A stretch of 64,000 bases of DNA, taken from the IMG/VR virus record IMGVR_UViG_3300048854_000081, positions 192,001 to 256,000 of that record; one strand, written 5' to 3'. The notes under the pieces are model-generated. The model did no database searches. It was given only the letters and a program-made list of their open reading frames with translations, and was not told the origin of the DNA. The stretch is from a virus (taxonomy: Duplodnaviria > Caudoviricetes). Shown piece after piece: positions 18,275-27,939 of this stretch (position 1 is its first letter; each line of letters opens with the position of its first letter). A program made the position numbers and the translations under genes.

Positions 18275-18997
18275 ATGGGTAATTTGAGTCTTGAAAAGAA
18301 TGTAGAGAAGGTTAAGCTTTCTCTTGAGAAGCATGACGTGCTTGTAGCACCTATCGTGCGAGTCGGTGAAGCACTGGACATCAGTGGGTCGATGACCGAT
18401 TTATATCGTAACGGTTCTGTCGCCAATGTTGTCTTCCGTACGCTGGCACTAGCCATGGCGTTTGATGATAACGGTGAAATGGACATGCGTGCCTTCGGTA
18501 CTAGTGTCAAGGAACTTCCAGTTGCTACGCCAGACAATTTTGAATCGTATGTTGACAAGTACATTGTCCGTCCGGGTCTTGTCGGTGGTGGCACCAAGTA
18601 CAGCCCGTGCCTTCGCTCGTTCTTCGAATTCTATTTTCCGGAATCGAGTGCGAATGAAAGCAAGAAGACAGGTTTCATTGGTAAACTATTCGGCAAGAAG
18701 ACAGCCGAAGTACAGCCTGCCGCTGAAGTACCAGCACTGGTTCTGTTCATTACTGATGGTGAGAATGATGATTCTGATAACAGCCGTGCCGAACAGGTTC
18801 TTATCGATTCACAGGGCAAGCCGATTTACTGGCTAATGATTGGTATCGGTACGGAACGCTTCAGCTTCATTAAGAAGATGGCGGATGCATATCCGAACGT
18901 TGGCTTCCTACAGTTTAACGACTTGAATATGTCTGATGAAGCATTGTATGATGGCGTCATCAACGAAGAGTTCGTTGCTTGGGTCACCAAGAATTAA
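18275..18997 (+). CDS. vWA domain protein (TerF/TerY-associated)
   Basis: ALDISGSM, FDDNG, FITDG MIDAS. Confidence 0.9.
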   Translation: MGNLSLEKNVEKVKLSLEKHDVLVAPIVRVGEALDISGSMTDLYRNGSVANVVFRTLALAMAFDDNGEMDMRAFGTSVKELPVATPDNFESYVDKYIVRPGLVGGGTKYSPCLRSFFEFYFPESSANESKKTGFIGKLFGKKTAEVQPAAEVPALVLFITDGENDDSDNSRAEQVLIDSQGKPIYWLMIGIGTERFSFIKKMADAYPNVGFLQFNDLNMSDEALYDGVINEEFVAWVTKN

Positions 18998-19023
18998 TTG
19001 ATAATATCACGAAGGAAATAAAC

Positions 19024-19623
19024 ATGGCACTTACACTAGAAAAGAAAGAACCCCTTAGCCTTGAAAAGGTTGCTCCGGCATTGAAGCGTCTTGAAGTCGA
19101 AGCAATTTGGGTTACCCCAAAGACCAACGTCAAGTTTGACGTAGACCTTTCGGCATTCGTTTGCGAATATCGCGCAGACAAGACCGGTCAGGTTGTACCA
19201 CAGGTAATCACACAGGAGCATACATGCTTCCATGCTAATCCGATTACTGCTGATGGTGCTCTTGAGAACACCACGGGCGATGCTCTTGGTGAAGATGGTA
19301 CGGGTCGTGAAGTCATCGTGGTTACCATTGACAAGCTTGACCCACGTGCGAAGTATGTTCCATTCATCCTGACCATCGACAAGGCCGCACAGCGCCACCA
19401 GTCGTTCGGCATGGTTAAGAGCGGCGGTGTCAACATCCGCGATCTTGATTCGGGTGAGCTACTTGGCGAGTTCGTTTGGGGTACTGGTGCTTACACTGAT
19501 GAAACCGCTATCCATCTTGCCACCCTTGAGCGTGATGAGAATGGTGCCTTCACCTTTACTCGTGAAGACTCTGCCGGTGTCAAGTCGCTGTCGGAAATCG
19601 GTTCTCAGGATTACGGCTTCTAA
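19024..19623 (+). CDS. TerD-family stress protein
   Basis: FDVDLSAF, TGDALG, QSFGMV. Confidence 0.85.
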   Translation: MALTLEKKEPLSLEKVAPALKRLEVEAIWVTPKTNVKFDVDLSAFVCEYRADKTGQVVPQVITQEHTCFHANPITADGALENTTGDALGEDGTGREVIVVTIDKLDPRAKYVPFILTIDKAAQRHQSFGMVKSGGVNIRDLDSGELLGEFVWGTGAYTDETAIHLATLERDENGAFTFTREDSAGVKSLSEIGSQDYGF

Positions 19624-19701
19624 GCTTGATTATAGTGTAAATAGTTGTATACTGTTGTGGCAGCTAAAGTTAGCTGCCACAATTTTTTCTAGAGGCGAAA
19701 C

Positions 19702-20493
19702 ATGGTGGACTTTACAAAAAAGCAAACTGAACAGCCCATCAAAAGGCTATCCCTATTCGGCAGTAAGCCAATTACCGCTGAAGTAAAGGCTCAACCTGTT
19801 GTTGCCCCTGTTGTAGAACAAAAGCCGACCATCAAACAGGTATTCGGTAGTAACCCTGCCAATGCTTTGGTGGACAAAGCTATCGAATATATTAAATCTA
19901 ATTATAAAGATGTATTCACCACAGAAGAAATAAATCTTCGTTCATTGGTTCGTCGTCTTGCTCTTCTAGATTTGGTCACGGTAACTACATGGGGTGATGA
20001 TCAGCTTGCTGAGCAACGCAAGACGATTCAACTAGCTTCTAGTCGTATCAACGAATTTTATAAGCTGAATTGTACTACCATTCTATCCGAAGCCATCGAT
20101 GTAGCTCAGAATCGCCATAAGAGTTTTCTGGACAAGTTTAAGAAGACAGATACCAAAGAAGTTTACTTATCACGAATCGAAGAAATGAAGGTTAGGCTTA
20201 AGGGTCTTCTTCCAGATATCGAAGAGTGTAAGAAAAAGACCAAGACCAATGTTCTGGTTCTTCATCTGATTGCCTTAGCTTCAGTCAATGAAACATCTAA
20301 GGGTAGCGATGTCCTGATCGAGGAAGCCTTGTATGAGCGCAGACGTTTGATTCAGGGTGCTATTCAGAACGTGGAAGTAGTCAATGCCAAGCTCGATCAG
20401 GTAAGAAGTGAAATCGTTTCAATGCAAAATCAGATAGAGCACACCCTATCAGTCACCTTTGCTTCACTAGATTTAACTACCGTTTATAAATAA
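19702..20493 (+). CDS. Helical hypothetical protein (TelA-associated?)
   Basis: 263-aa ORF at end of ter cluster. Confidence 0.6.
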   Translation: MVDFTKKQTEQPIKRLSLFGSKPITAEVKAQPVVAPVVEQKPTIKQVFGSNPANALVDKAIEYIKSNYKDVFTTEEINLRSLVRRLALLDLVTVTTWGDDQLAEQRKTIQLASSRINEFYKLNCTTILSEAIDVAQNRHKSFLDKFKKTDTKEVYLSRIEEMKVRLKGLLPDIEECKKKTKTNVLVLHLIALASVNETSKGSDVLIEEALYERRRLIQGAIQNVEVVNAKLDQVRSEIVSMQNQIEHTLSVTFASLDLTTVYK

Positions 20494-20495
20494 GC

Positions 20496-20523
20496 TTGAC
20501 AATTAAACTTGTAGTGTTATTAT
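20496..20523 (+). promoter_or_regulatory. Sigma70-type promoter of tRNA cluster 2
   Basis: TTGACA-16-TATTAT with extended TG. Confidence 0.65.
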
Positions 20524-20538
20524 AGTTTCACAATTTAT

Positions 20539-20670
20539 GCCCTTGTAGCTCAGTTGGTAAGAGCGCGTAGAACGCCGAAAGGCTATATTCTGTTAAGAAT
20601 ATGTACCGCATCCACTTCATATCATGCTAAGATCGAGGTCGTTGGGTTCGAATCCCAGCCAAGGGCTCCA
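20539..20670 (+). ncRNA. tRNA-shaped RNA (Thr-like acceptor) with anticodon arm replaced by a structured insert
   Basis: gcccttg/caagggc-TCCA, canonical D and T arms; 132 nt. Confidence 0.7.
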
Positions 20671-20683
20671 ATTTAGGACTTTT

Positions 20684-20947
20684 ATGTTGTTGACAGAAGA
20701 ACAGATAGTTGAGCAGCTTGCACCGCTTATCAGTGAAGAAGATAGAGAATGGATCAAAGCTTTCGATAAGAAAGACTTGCCTATGTTACACCATGACGTT
20801 GGAAGGTTTATTCGTAATCACTTCAAGTTATGGGAAAGACAGCATGAACCAGTGATCATAGACGGCGTAGACCATGCTGAAGATCATCCTGATGCAATAT
20901 CAATGCGTATTATTGAAAAATACCACGCGTCGTTACAAAATAACTAA
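20684..20947 (+). CDS. Hypothetical protein
   Basis: AGGA SD; HH.VGRFIRN..KLW and HPDAIS motifs. Confidence 0.7.
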   Translation: MLLTEEQIVEQLAPLISEEDREWIKAFDKKDLPMLHHDVGRFIRNHFKLWERQHEPVIIDGVDHAEDHPDAISMRIIEKYHASLQNN

Positions 20948-20959
20948 ATAGATTTATAT

Positions 20960-21034
20960 GCATCGTTAGCTCAGTGGTAGAGCAGTGCTTTTACACGGCG
21001 AAGGTCGGGGGTTCGAATCCCTCACGATGTACCA
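20960..21034 (+). tRNA. tRNA-Val(TAC)
   Basis: Loop ttTACac, ACCA. Confidence 0.88.
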
Positions 21035-21047
21035 GTTTAAAATTTAC

Positions 21048-21122
21048 GGCGAATTCGTATAACGGCTAGTATGGGACTCTCTGAAAGTCTAGGCGGTGGT
21101 TCGATTCCATCATTCGCTGCCA
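21048..21122 (+). tRNA. tRNA-Gln(CTG)
   Basis: ggact-ctCTGaa-agtct, GCCA. Confidence 0.85.
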
Positions 21123-21133
21123 AATTAAGTAAT

Positions 21134-21209
21134 GCCCTTGTAGTTCAGTGGTAGTAATAATTCATTGGTAATGAATAGGTCGTTGGTTCGATTCCAACCT
21201 AGGGCACCA
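21134..21209 (+). tRNA. tRNA-Thr(GGT)
   Basis: attca-ttGGTaa-tgaat, ACCA. Confidence 0.88.
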
Positions 21210-21214
21210 GATAT

Positions 21215-21288
21215 AGGGAATTAGTTTAGTGGTAGAACAGGAGCCTTTGAAGCTTCATGCGGTGGTTCGATCCCACCATTCCCTGCCA
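21215..21288 (+). tRNA. tRNA-Gln(TTG)
   Basis: ggagc-ctTTGaa-gcttc, GCCA. Confidence 0.88.
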
Positions 21289-21291
21289 TAC

Positions 21292-21317
21292 AAAAGCTCA
21301 CTTCGGTGAGCTTTTTC
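21292..21317 (+). terminator. Terminator ending tRNA cluster 2
   Basis: aaaagctcac-ttcg-gtgagcttttt. Confidence 0.9.
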
Positions 21318-21387
21318 TTTTGTATCTCATCATTGATTTCGGTGTTATTATCCTGTATCATGATTGTGTATTTTACAGGTAATAGCT

Positions 21388-21720
21388 ATGTTAGAATTTT
21401 TAGGTTGGACTGGATTTATTATAATTGAAGCGATCTTAGTGATTACTTTAATTGGATCGTTTAGAGCAATATACGATGCAGTTTTAGGTTTTTGGGGTGA
21501 AGTAGTTATATTTTTGTTAATGTTATTAGTGTTTATCGTTATTAATTGTGTAATGTGGTATGGTTCGTATAACTATCGTCACCCATGTATACAAACACAA
21601 GAACAGCTAGTTCAGTATCCACCGCATGCTGTGTATCGCACATCAGGTAAGTTTCGTGAGTATATCGGACAGAGTGAAGCGTATTCAGTATACGAACCGG
21701 TCTGTATTAAACGTAAGTAA
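21388..21720 (+). CDS. Two-TM membrane protein
   Basis: Two hydrophobic segments. Confidence 0.65.
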   Translation: MLEFLGWTGFIIIEAILVITLIGSFRAIYDAVLGFWGEVVIFLLMLLVFIVINCVMWYGSYNYRHPCIQTQEQLVQYPPHAVYRTSGKFREYIGQSEAYSVYEPVCIKRK

Positions 21721-21730
21721 GGAGAAATCT

Positions 21731-22036
21731 ATGAACCTTGATCCTTTCACCTTTGGTGATTCGATTGCCGCACAAGTGCTCGCTGACCGTCTTAATGAAA
21801 TCAACAATCCCAATACCTTGAGCACTGTAAGCAAGTTCATACAGAGTAATCAAATAGCTATCAATGGGATTGGCACTATCTGGAATTCTCAGGCTCGTGC
21901 TTCTGTAGCCATCGTTTATCGTGAAGAGATTCATCGTCGTCTAGCAAAGTCCACGACCATTCCTGAGAAGCTAAAGTCATACATTGCTAATATTTTGATT
22001 GGTAAGATCAAGGCCATACTGGACGGTTGCGTATAA
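21731..22036 (+). CDS. Hypothetical protein
   Basis: AAGGAG SD. Confidence 0.65.
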   Translation: MNLDPFTFGDSIAAQVLADRLNEINNPNTLSTVSKFIQSNQIAINGIGTIWNSQARASVAIVYREEIHRRLAKSTTIPEKLKSYIANILIGKIKAILDGCV

Positions 22037-22124
22037 ATTCACAAATGTGATTTTGATGACTAAATAAATTTTCACCAGAATTTCACTGTTGTATAAATAA
22101 TTTTTACAACAGGGGTATAAATTT

Positions 22125-22781
22125 ATGAAATGCGGTCGTTTCGTTCTAGCCGTTTTATTAGCCTTTAGTATCGGATGCAGTCACACAGCCCATCCAGATA
22201 CGTCAAATAAGACCACTATCACCGACCAAGATAGTGTAACTTTATATGGTCCTGTAACAGAATTATCAATTAATAAAGCTATTAGAAAGCTTCACTCGTT
22301 ACAAAATGTCGATATCGACAAACCCATTTACTTACTAATAGATTCCGGTGGTGGCGATGTCTTTGCCGGAATCAAGTTGATTGACGCAATGCAATCATCT
22401 AAGCGACCTGTGTACACGGTTGTAGTAGGAAAAGCATGTAGTATGGCTGCTTTCATACAATCCTACGGTGTCAAACGATACATGTATCCACATGCTTTCA
22501 TAATGTTTCATAATGCTACCATATCGGTTCCGGAAGGTACTGACATGAACAAGATTGAATCATACGTATTGATGGTAAAACATGTCATATACAATCTAAA
22601 TTCAAAGATTTCTGAAAATACTGGAATTCCTTTACGTGAGCTAGCTTCTCGTGAACAAGTAGAATGGTATCTATTGGATGAAGAGGCCATGGAAACTCAC
22701 GTGGTTACTGACATCGCGAATTTCGTAACCTTTCCTCTAAGAAACGATTCAGAATTTCAACCAAGTAAGGATGACGATTAA
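22125..22781 (+). CDS. ClpP-like protease with lipoprotein-type signal peptide
   Basis: IDSGGG, ACSMAA, FHNA; N-terminal LLAFSIGC. Confidence 0.85.
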   Translation: MKCGRFVLAVLLAFSIGCSHTAHPDTSNKTTITDQDSVTLYGPVTELSINKAIRKLHSLQNVDIDKPIYLLIDSGGGDVFAGIKLIDAMQSSKRPVYTVVVGKACSMAAFIQSYGVKRYMYPHAFIMFHNATISVPEGTDMNKIESYVLMVKHVIYNLNSKISENTGIPLRELASREQVEWYLLDEEAMETHVVTDIANFVTFPLRNDSEFQPSKDDD

Positions 22782-22902
22782 AATATCAATTTATCTGAGA
22801 CAGCATTTTTAAATTGAATTGGATATTTCTCTAGGATAATATCCATATTCGGCAGAACATCTACATAAATAAATCTGCCATCAACTCTCAGGTAATTCTC
22901 AA

Positions 22903-23955
22903 ATGAAAAAGGTTCTCTTTATTTTAAAGAAGAGAGGTTTGCCTTATCAGCAGGCTGCATCTTCGACCCCTTATGGGTCATTCTCATCCGGTTTATACAA
23001 TTCCGTAAAATTTATCAACGATATGCTTCTGGATCACCACGTTGAATCCAGTATGGTCGAAGTTAATGATAATAACGATATCGACCGCGAAGTAACGAAA
23101 GCCCGTCCAGACATTGTTGTTGTTGAAGCATTGTGGGTGGTTCCTTCAAAGTTTGAGGTCTTGACAAAACTTCACCCTAATGTAACATGGGTTGTTCGCA
23201 TCCATTCGGAAATGCCATTCATTTCCAATGAAGGTATTGCCATGGATTGGTTGTTTGGTTACGCCAAATATGAAAAAGTAGTTATCGCACCAAATACAGA
23301 ACGTATGTGCACAGATATTGCAAACATGCTATCATCGAAGTATGGTCACCATTACCTAGAAGATAAGATAGTCTATCTTCCTAATTACTATGTTATGGAA
23401 TCACCAAACCAGAAATTAAATTCTGATGATTCTGTAATCAATGTAGGCTGTTTCGGAGCTATCCGTCCACTTAAGAATCAGTTGCTTCAGGCTCTAGCTG
23501 CTATCGAATTTGCCAAGAAGGCTAAAAAGCGTTTGAGATTTCATATCAATGCTTCCCGAGTAGAGCAGGGTAACAATGTATTGAAGAACATTCGTAATTT
23601 ATTTGCCAATCTCGATCCGTTCCATTTTGAGCTTGTTGAACATGGTTGGTTGAACCATGATGACTTCCTAAGAGTCATCGCACAGATGGATATCAGTCTT
23701 CAGCTATCGTTCTCGGAGACATTTAACATTTGTACGGCTGATGCTATTTCGCAGAACGTTCCAGTGGTTGTAAGTCCGGAAATCTTTTGGGTTACCAAAC
23801 TGTTCCAAACATCGCCAACATCTATCAAGCAGATTGTTGAAAAAATGAGTAAGGCATTGACTTGTAAGCACTTTGGTACTTATTACAACAAGAAAACTCT
23901 TAAGAAATACAATTCACGTAGTAAGGTAATCTGGCTAGACTACCTGAACGGTTAA
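22903..23955 (+). CDS. GT-B glycosyltransferase
   Basis: GCFGAIRPLKN, SFSETFNICTAD...VPVV. Confidence 0.85.
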   Translation: MKKVLFILKKRGLPYQQAASSTPYGSFSSGLYNSVKFINDMLLDHHVESSMVEVNDNNDIDREVTKARPDIVVVEALWVVPSKFEVLTKLHPNVTWVVRIHSEMPFISNEGIAMDWLFGYAKYEKVVIAPNTERMCTDIANMLSSKYGHHYLEDKIVYLPNYYVMESPNQKLNSDDSVINVGCFGAIRPLKNQLLQALAAIEFAKKAKKRLRFHINASRVEQGNNVLKNIRNLFANLDPFHFELVEHGWLNHDDFLRVIAQMDISLQLSFSETFNICTADAISQNVPVVVSPEIFWVTKLFQTSPTSIKQIVEKMSKALTCKHFGTYYNKKTLKKYNSRSKVIWLDYLNG

Positions 23956-24044
23956 TTAATATTAGAAACGTAAACATTAAAAGCCCTTGCAGATAGCAGG
24001 GGCTTTTTGTATTATAGCGCTTCCAACGGTTTGAAGGATATCAA

Positions 24045-25328
24045 ATGGCTAAGAAATATGCTATGCTTGTCAAAGTTGATGGCAGCAATAACAATAACAA
24101 GTTCTATGAGATTACATGGAATGATGACGACTCTGTAACCGCTCGTTATGGCCGCAATGGCGATAATGGTGTTACCGAACACAAGGGTCATGGTGAAACT
24201 GCCTTTCTTAAGGTCTTCAAAGCCAAGACCAGTGCAAGCAAGGGTTATAAGCAAGTTGATGTTCTTACCGGTACTGACTCTGGCATTCCCACGGGTGGTG
24301 TTTCCAAGGTTACTGAAAGCCTTGCTGAAATCGCCAAGCGTGATATTAGCAACAACAATCCTGTTATGGCCGCGCTGCTGGACAAGCTGGCTAAGATCAA
24401 CAAGTACGAACTGATGAAGAGCACTGGCGATAAGATCGACATCGTTGATGGTGTGGTCCGTACAGTTCTCGGTCCTATCACGCTGAGTGCCGTGGGCGAA
24501 GCCCGTAGCGAACTCATCAAGCTTTCCAAGTTCGTTGAAACCGAAGATTATGGTGATGAATACGGTTCACTCCTTAATCAGTACCTAAGCATCATTCCGC
24601 AGGCTGTTCCGCGTAAGCGCGGCTGGGATAAGGAATTCTTTGGTAAGGTAAGCTCACTAGCTTCCCAGTCTGCTCTTCTTGACCAGATTGAAACCTCGAT
24701 CACCAATTACAAGCCTGCTCCGGTTGTGGATAACGGTGTACAGAAGGAAGTTGCTCGTGTCTTTGGTCATAGTCTTGAAATCGTTGAAGACGGTGCCACG
24801 ATTGATCGTATTACCAAGTTCTATAAAGATAATATGAATCGTAGCCATCAGTGTGCACACCTGAAGCTTAAGCGTATCTACAAGGTATCCAATCCTGATA
24901 CCGAAGCACGCTATAAGACCGCACTACAGCGTGTCGGTAACGAGAAGCAGCTATGGCATGGTACCCGTGCATTCAACGTACTCTCGATCCTCAAAGGTGG
25001 TTTGATCATCCCTACCTCTGCTGGTGGTTATCACATCACGGGTCGTATGTTCGGTGATGGACTGTACTTCAGCGATCAGAGCACCAAATCACTAAACTAT
25101 GCCTACGGTTACTGGGGTGGCGGTGGTCGTGAAGAGAATTGCTTTATGTTCTTGGCTGATGTAGCCATGGGTAAGCATTTCACACCAAGCAACCCGATTC
25201 AGCGTATCCCAGCCGGTTACGATTCATGCTTCGCTATTGGCGGTCGCAGTGGTGTACAGAACAATGAAATGATCGTATATTCACTCGATCAGGCTAATCT
25301 CGGTTACCTGTGTGAATTCGACGCTTGA
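24045..25328 (+). CDS. WGR-domain poly(ADP-ribose) polymerase-like protein
   Basis: NNNKFY...YGR (WGR); LWHGT, GRMFGDGLYFS, KSLNY, NNEMIVY (H-Y-E triad). Confidence 0.92.
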   Translation: MAKKYAMLVKVDGSNNNNKFYEITWNDDDSVTARYGRNGDNGVTEHKGHGETAFLKVFKAKTSASKGYKQVDVLTGTDSGIPTGGVSKVTESLAEIAKRDISNNNPVMAALLDKLAKINKYELMKSTGDKIDIVDGVVRTVLGPITLSAVGEARSELIKLSKFVETEDYGDEYGSLLNQYLSIIPQAVPRKRGWDKEFFGKVSSLASQSALLDQIETSITNYKPAPVVDNGVQKEVARVFGHSLEIVEDGATIDRITKFYKDNMNRSHQCAHLKLKRIYKVSNPDTEARYKTALQRVGNEKQLWHGTRAFNVLSILKGGLIIPTSAGGYHITGRMFGDGLYFSDQSTKSLNYAYGYWGGGGREENCFMFLADVAMGKHFTPSNPIQRIPAGYDSCFAIGGRSGVQNNEMIVYSLDQANLGYLCEFDA

Positions 25329-25380
25329 TTTGCGTTGAATTCCAAGGTACAATATAAACCTCCCACAAACTGGAAATTTT

Positions 25381-26163
25381 ATGACTACTATTGATCAGGG
25401 TGAACTACTTGCCCATTACGAAAACGTTCTAGCTCGTTTTGACAACGTTCTTGCTGAACATTTTTTCGACTATAAAGAATACAAGAAGGCTGGATTCGCC
25501 CTGACATTTCAGACCACTATCAAGCAGTTGAGCGATGTTTTGATGTTCGATGAACTCGATGTTGTTGAACTGATTGAAGTCCTTGAAAACGATTTTGATA
25601 TTAATATTCCTGATGGTGTGTTCGAATCATGGAATATTGCTTTGGACCTTGCCCGTTACATTGGTGATGCCACTTTTGAAGGTGAGCCTGAACTACTGGA
25701 TACGGTCGATGCCACGGATGACGGTATTGATCCAGATACCATCCTTGGTAATCTTCTACTTCCTTCGGTTGAAGAGCATGGTCGCTTCATTGAAATTGCT
25801 GGCGTCACTGTTACTGAAGCCAGAGAATTGGTTAATGATTTTGCCGATAAGGTTGCTTCCCGTCGCAAGACCAAGCTTTACAAGGGTCTTACCGATGCTG
25901 ATTCGATGGATTTCTTCTACAACTTCATCGATGCCAGCAAGACCAATGCGGATTTCGATCACAAGCTGACGGTTGAACTATTCGCACTGTCCGAGTCGCA
26001 CGTCCCAACCTATCGTGGCCTACGTGCTTTCTACATCAATCCGAAGGTCATCGGTGTCGGTACTACCGTTATCTTTAACAAGAATTGGGCAACGCTCAAC
26101 TTCAGTGAAAACGGTATCGGAGAACGCTTGGCTGAGCTACAAGCAGAATACGAAAACGCGTAA
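25381..26163 (+). CDS. Acidic protein with acyl-carrier-protein-like domain lacking the pantetheinylated Ser
   Basis: LMFDELDVVELIEVLENDFDINIPD vs ACP DSLD.VE...LEEEF...IPD. Confidence 0.65.
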   Translation: MTTIDQGELLAHYENVLARFDNVLAEHFFDYKEYKKAGFALTFQTTIKQLSDVLMFDELDVVELIEVLENDFDINIPDGVFESWNIALDLARYIGDATFEGEPELLDTVDATDDGIDPDTILGNLLLPSVEEHGRFIEIAGVTVTEARELVNDFADKVASRRKTKLYKGLTDADSMDFFYNFIDASKTNADFDHKLTVELFALSESHVPTYRGLRAFYINPKVIGVGTTVIFNKNWATLNFSENGIGERLAELQAEYENA

Positions 26164-26212
26164 ACACAAAGGGCTGGGTTATCCAGCCCTTTCTTATTAG
26201 GAGATAGTCAAA

Positions 26213-27613
26213 ATGACTAAGAAAATTGCACTCATCGGTGGTGGAACGTTTTCACACGTTCGCAATCACCTATCTATTTCTGCACCAGCATTCGGTGCAA
26301 CAGTCAATACACTTGAAGTCATGTTCAAGGAAAGATTGAATCAGAATAAGGTTTTTAACGATAGATTGTCGGTATTAGATAATGTGTCAGATTCAGCATT
26401 TGCCAGAGCGGCTCAACAACTAAAAGCGGAGCATGGTCGTCCATATTATGATGTGGTGAAATATCTCACCAAAATGGCTGATCCTTTGTCCACGATAGTT
26501 ACGAATAAAGATGTTTCAGATTTGGTAGATCGCCTCATTGCCGATCCTGAAGTACGTGTGATCGTCTTCAATCCAGCCCTTGTGGATTTTGATGGAAGTA
26601 TCGGTGGGGTGCCATCCGGAAAGCATGCTGACCGTTTGCGTACGGACAAGGGTAACCAGATAATGGAGTTGACTCCTGCCGATAAGATCATCGGTCGTAT
26701 TCGTAAAGAACGTAAGGATGTCTTCGTTATTGGTTTCAAGACCACTTCGGATTCTATTCCGGATGAACAGTATCAGCGTGGTCTTGAATTGCTTAAGAAG
26801 AATTCTCTAAATCTTGTGGTTGCCAATGATACGGTCACGCGCAATAACATGATCATTGCTCCGGAAGAGACCCGCTACATGGAAACCGGCAATCGCATTG
26901 AGTTGTTGACCTTCCTGACCGATATGGTACTGTCACGCGTTGAGAATAAGTTTACGCGTTCCACGGTCGTGGATGGTGATCCGGTAGACTGGAATGGTCC
27001 GGATGTCTCTGACGCACTGCGCACCATCGTTAATCATTGTATTAAGCAAGGAGCGTACAAGCCTTTCTTGGGTAAGACTGCTGGGCACTTCGCCTCTAAG
27101 GTCAATGAAACTCAGATTCTTACCAGCATCCGCAAGTCCAATTACAATGAACTGGACAAGGTTGGTCTGGTGCGTGTCGATTCTAAGAATGCTGATGAAG
27201 TGATCGCCCATGGGTTCAAGCCATCCGTAGGTGGACAATCACAGCGAATCATTTTCCGTGAGCATCCAGAAATGGATAGCATCGTTCATTTCCATTGTGC
27301 TCCTAAACCAGAGATTGAACAGCGTGCTTGGTTTAACGACACAGGTCGTGTAGACGATGATGTTGTGGTTGACCATACGATTGTCTCTGTTCGTTCACAG
27401 TGGCAGAACGAGTGTGGGAGTCACCAGTGTGGACAGAATACGTCTAGCGGCCTTGTCAAGGTCGATCTTGGCGACGGAGACATTATCAAGGTTGTCTATC
27501 TGGATCAGCATGGTCCGAACATCGTGTTCAACCATAACATTAATCCGCAGAAAGTCATTGACTACATTGATCGTACCTTTGATCTTCACGGTAAGACGGG
27601 CGGATTGGTGTGA
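26213..27613 (+). CDS. CoaB/Dfp-like domain fused to class II aldolase-like domain
   Basis: IGGGTFSHVRNH, IGFK, NLVVAND; C-terminal PS...IVHFH. Confidence 0.7.
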   Translation: MTKKIALIGGGTFSHVRNHLSISAPAFGATVNTLEVMFKERLNQNKVFNDRLSVLDNVSDSAFARAAQQLKAEHGRPYYDVVKYLTKMADPLSTIVTNKDVSDLVDRLIADPEVRVIVFNPALVDFDGSIGGVPSGKHADRLRTDKGNQIMELTPADKIIGRIRKERKDVFVIGFKTTSDSIPDEQYQRGLELLKKNSLNLVVANDTVTRNNMIIAPEETRYMETGNRIELLTFLTDMVLSRVENKFTRSTVVDGDPVDWNGPDVSDALRTIVNHCIKQGAYKPFLGKTAGHFASKVNETQILTSIRKSNYNELDKVGLVRVDSKNADEVIAHGFKPSVGGQSQRIIFREHPEMDSIVHFHCAPKPEIEQRAWFNDTGRVDDDVVVDHTIVSVRSQWQNECGSHQCGQNTSSGLVKVDLGDGDIIKVVYLDQHGPNIVFNHNINPQKVIDYIDRTFDLHGKTGGLV

Positions 27614-27939
27614 ACAAATTTATCAAAATTAATGACACATTATATAATGTAGATGATATCTTGTTTGTAGATGCCTCGCTGGTCGAAGATTTGATTCTGA
27701 CAGTTTATCCTAAGGATCGAATGCCGGTTGAAGCATCTGGTTTAGAAGCCATTGACATTATTATGACACTTAAACCATCATTGTTTGAAGGCAAGAGACT
27801 ACGTTTTCCAAAACGAATGTGGATTGTCCATAATCTCATTGCCCATCCATTGATGCAGCTATTGGCTTTGGTTGGGTTTCGCAAACAAGCGTTATGGTTA
27901 CATGAAGTAACCGTACCACGTCCACTAGGAAAACGTTAA
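27610..27939 (+). CDS. Hypothetical protein
   Basis: VHNLIAHPLM...WLHEVT. Confidence 0.65.
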   Translation: MNKFIKINDTLYNVDDILFVDASLVEDLILTVYPKDRMPVEASGLEAIDIIMTLKPSLFEGKRLRFPKRMWIVHNLIAHPLMQLLALVGFRKQALWLHEVTVPRPLGKR

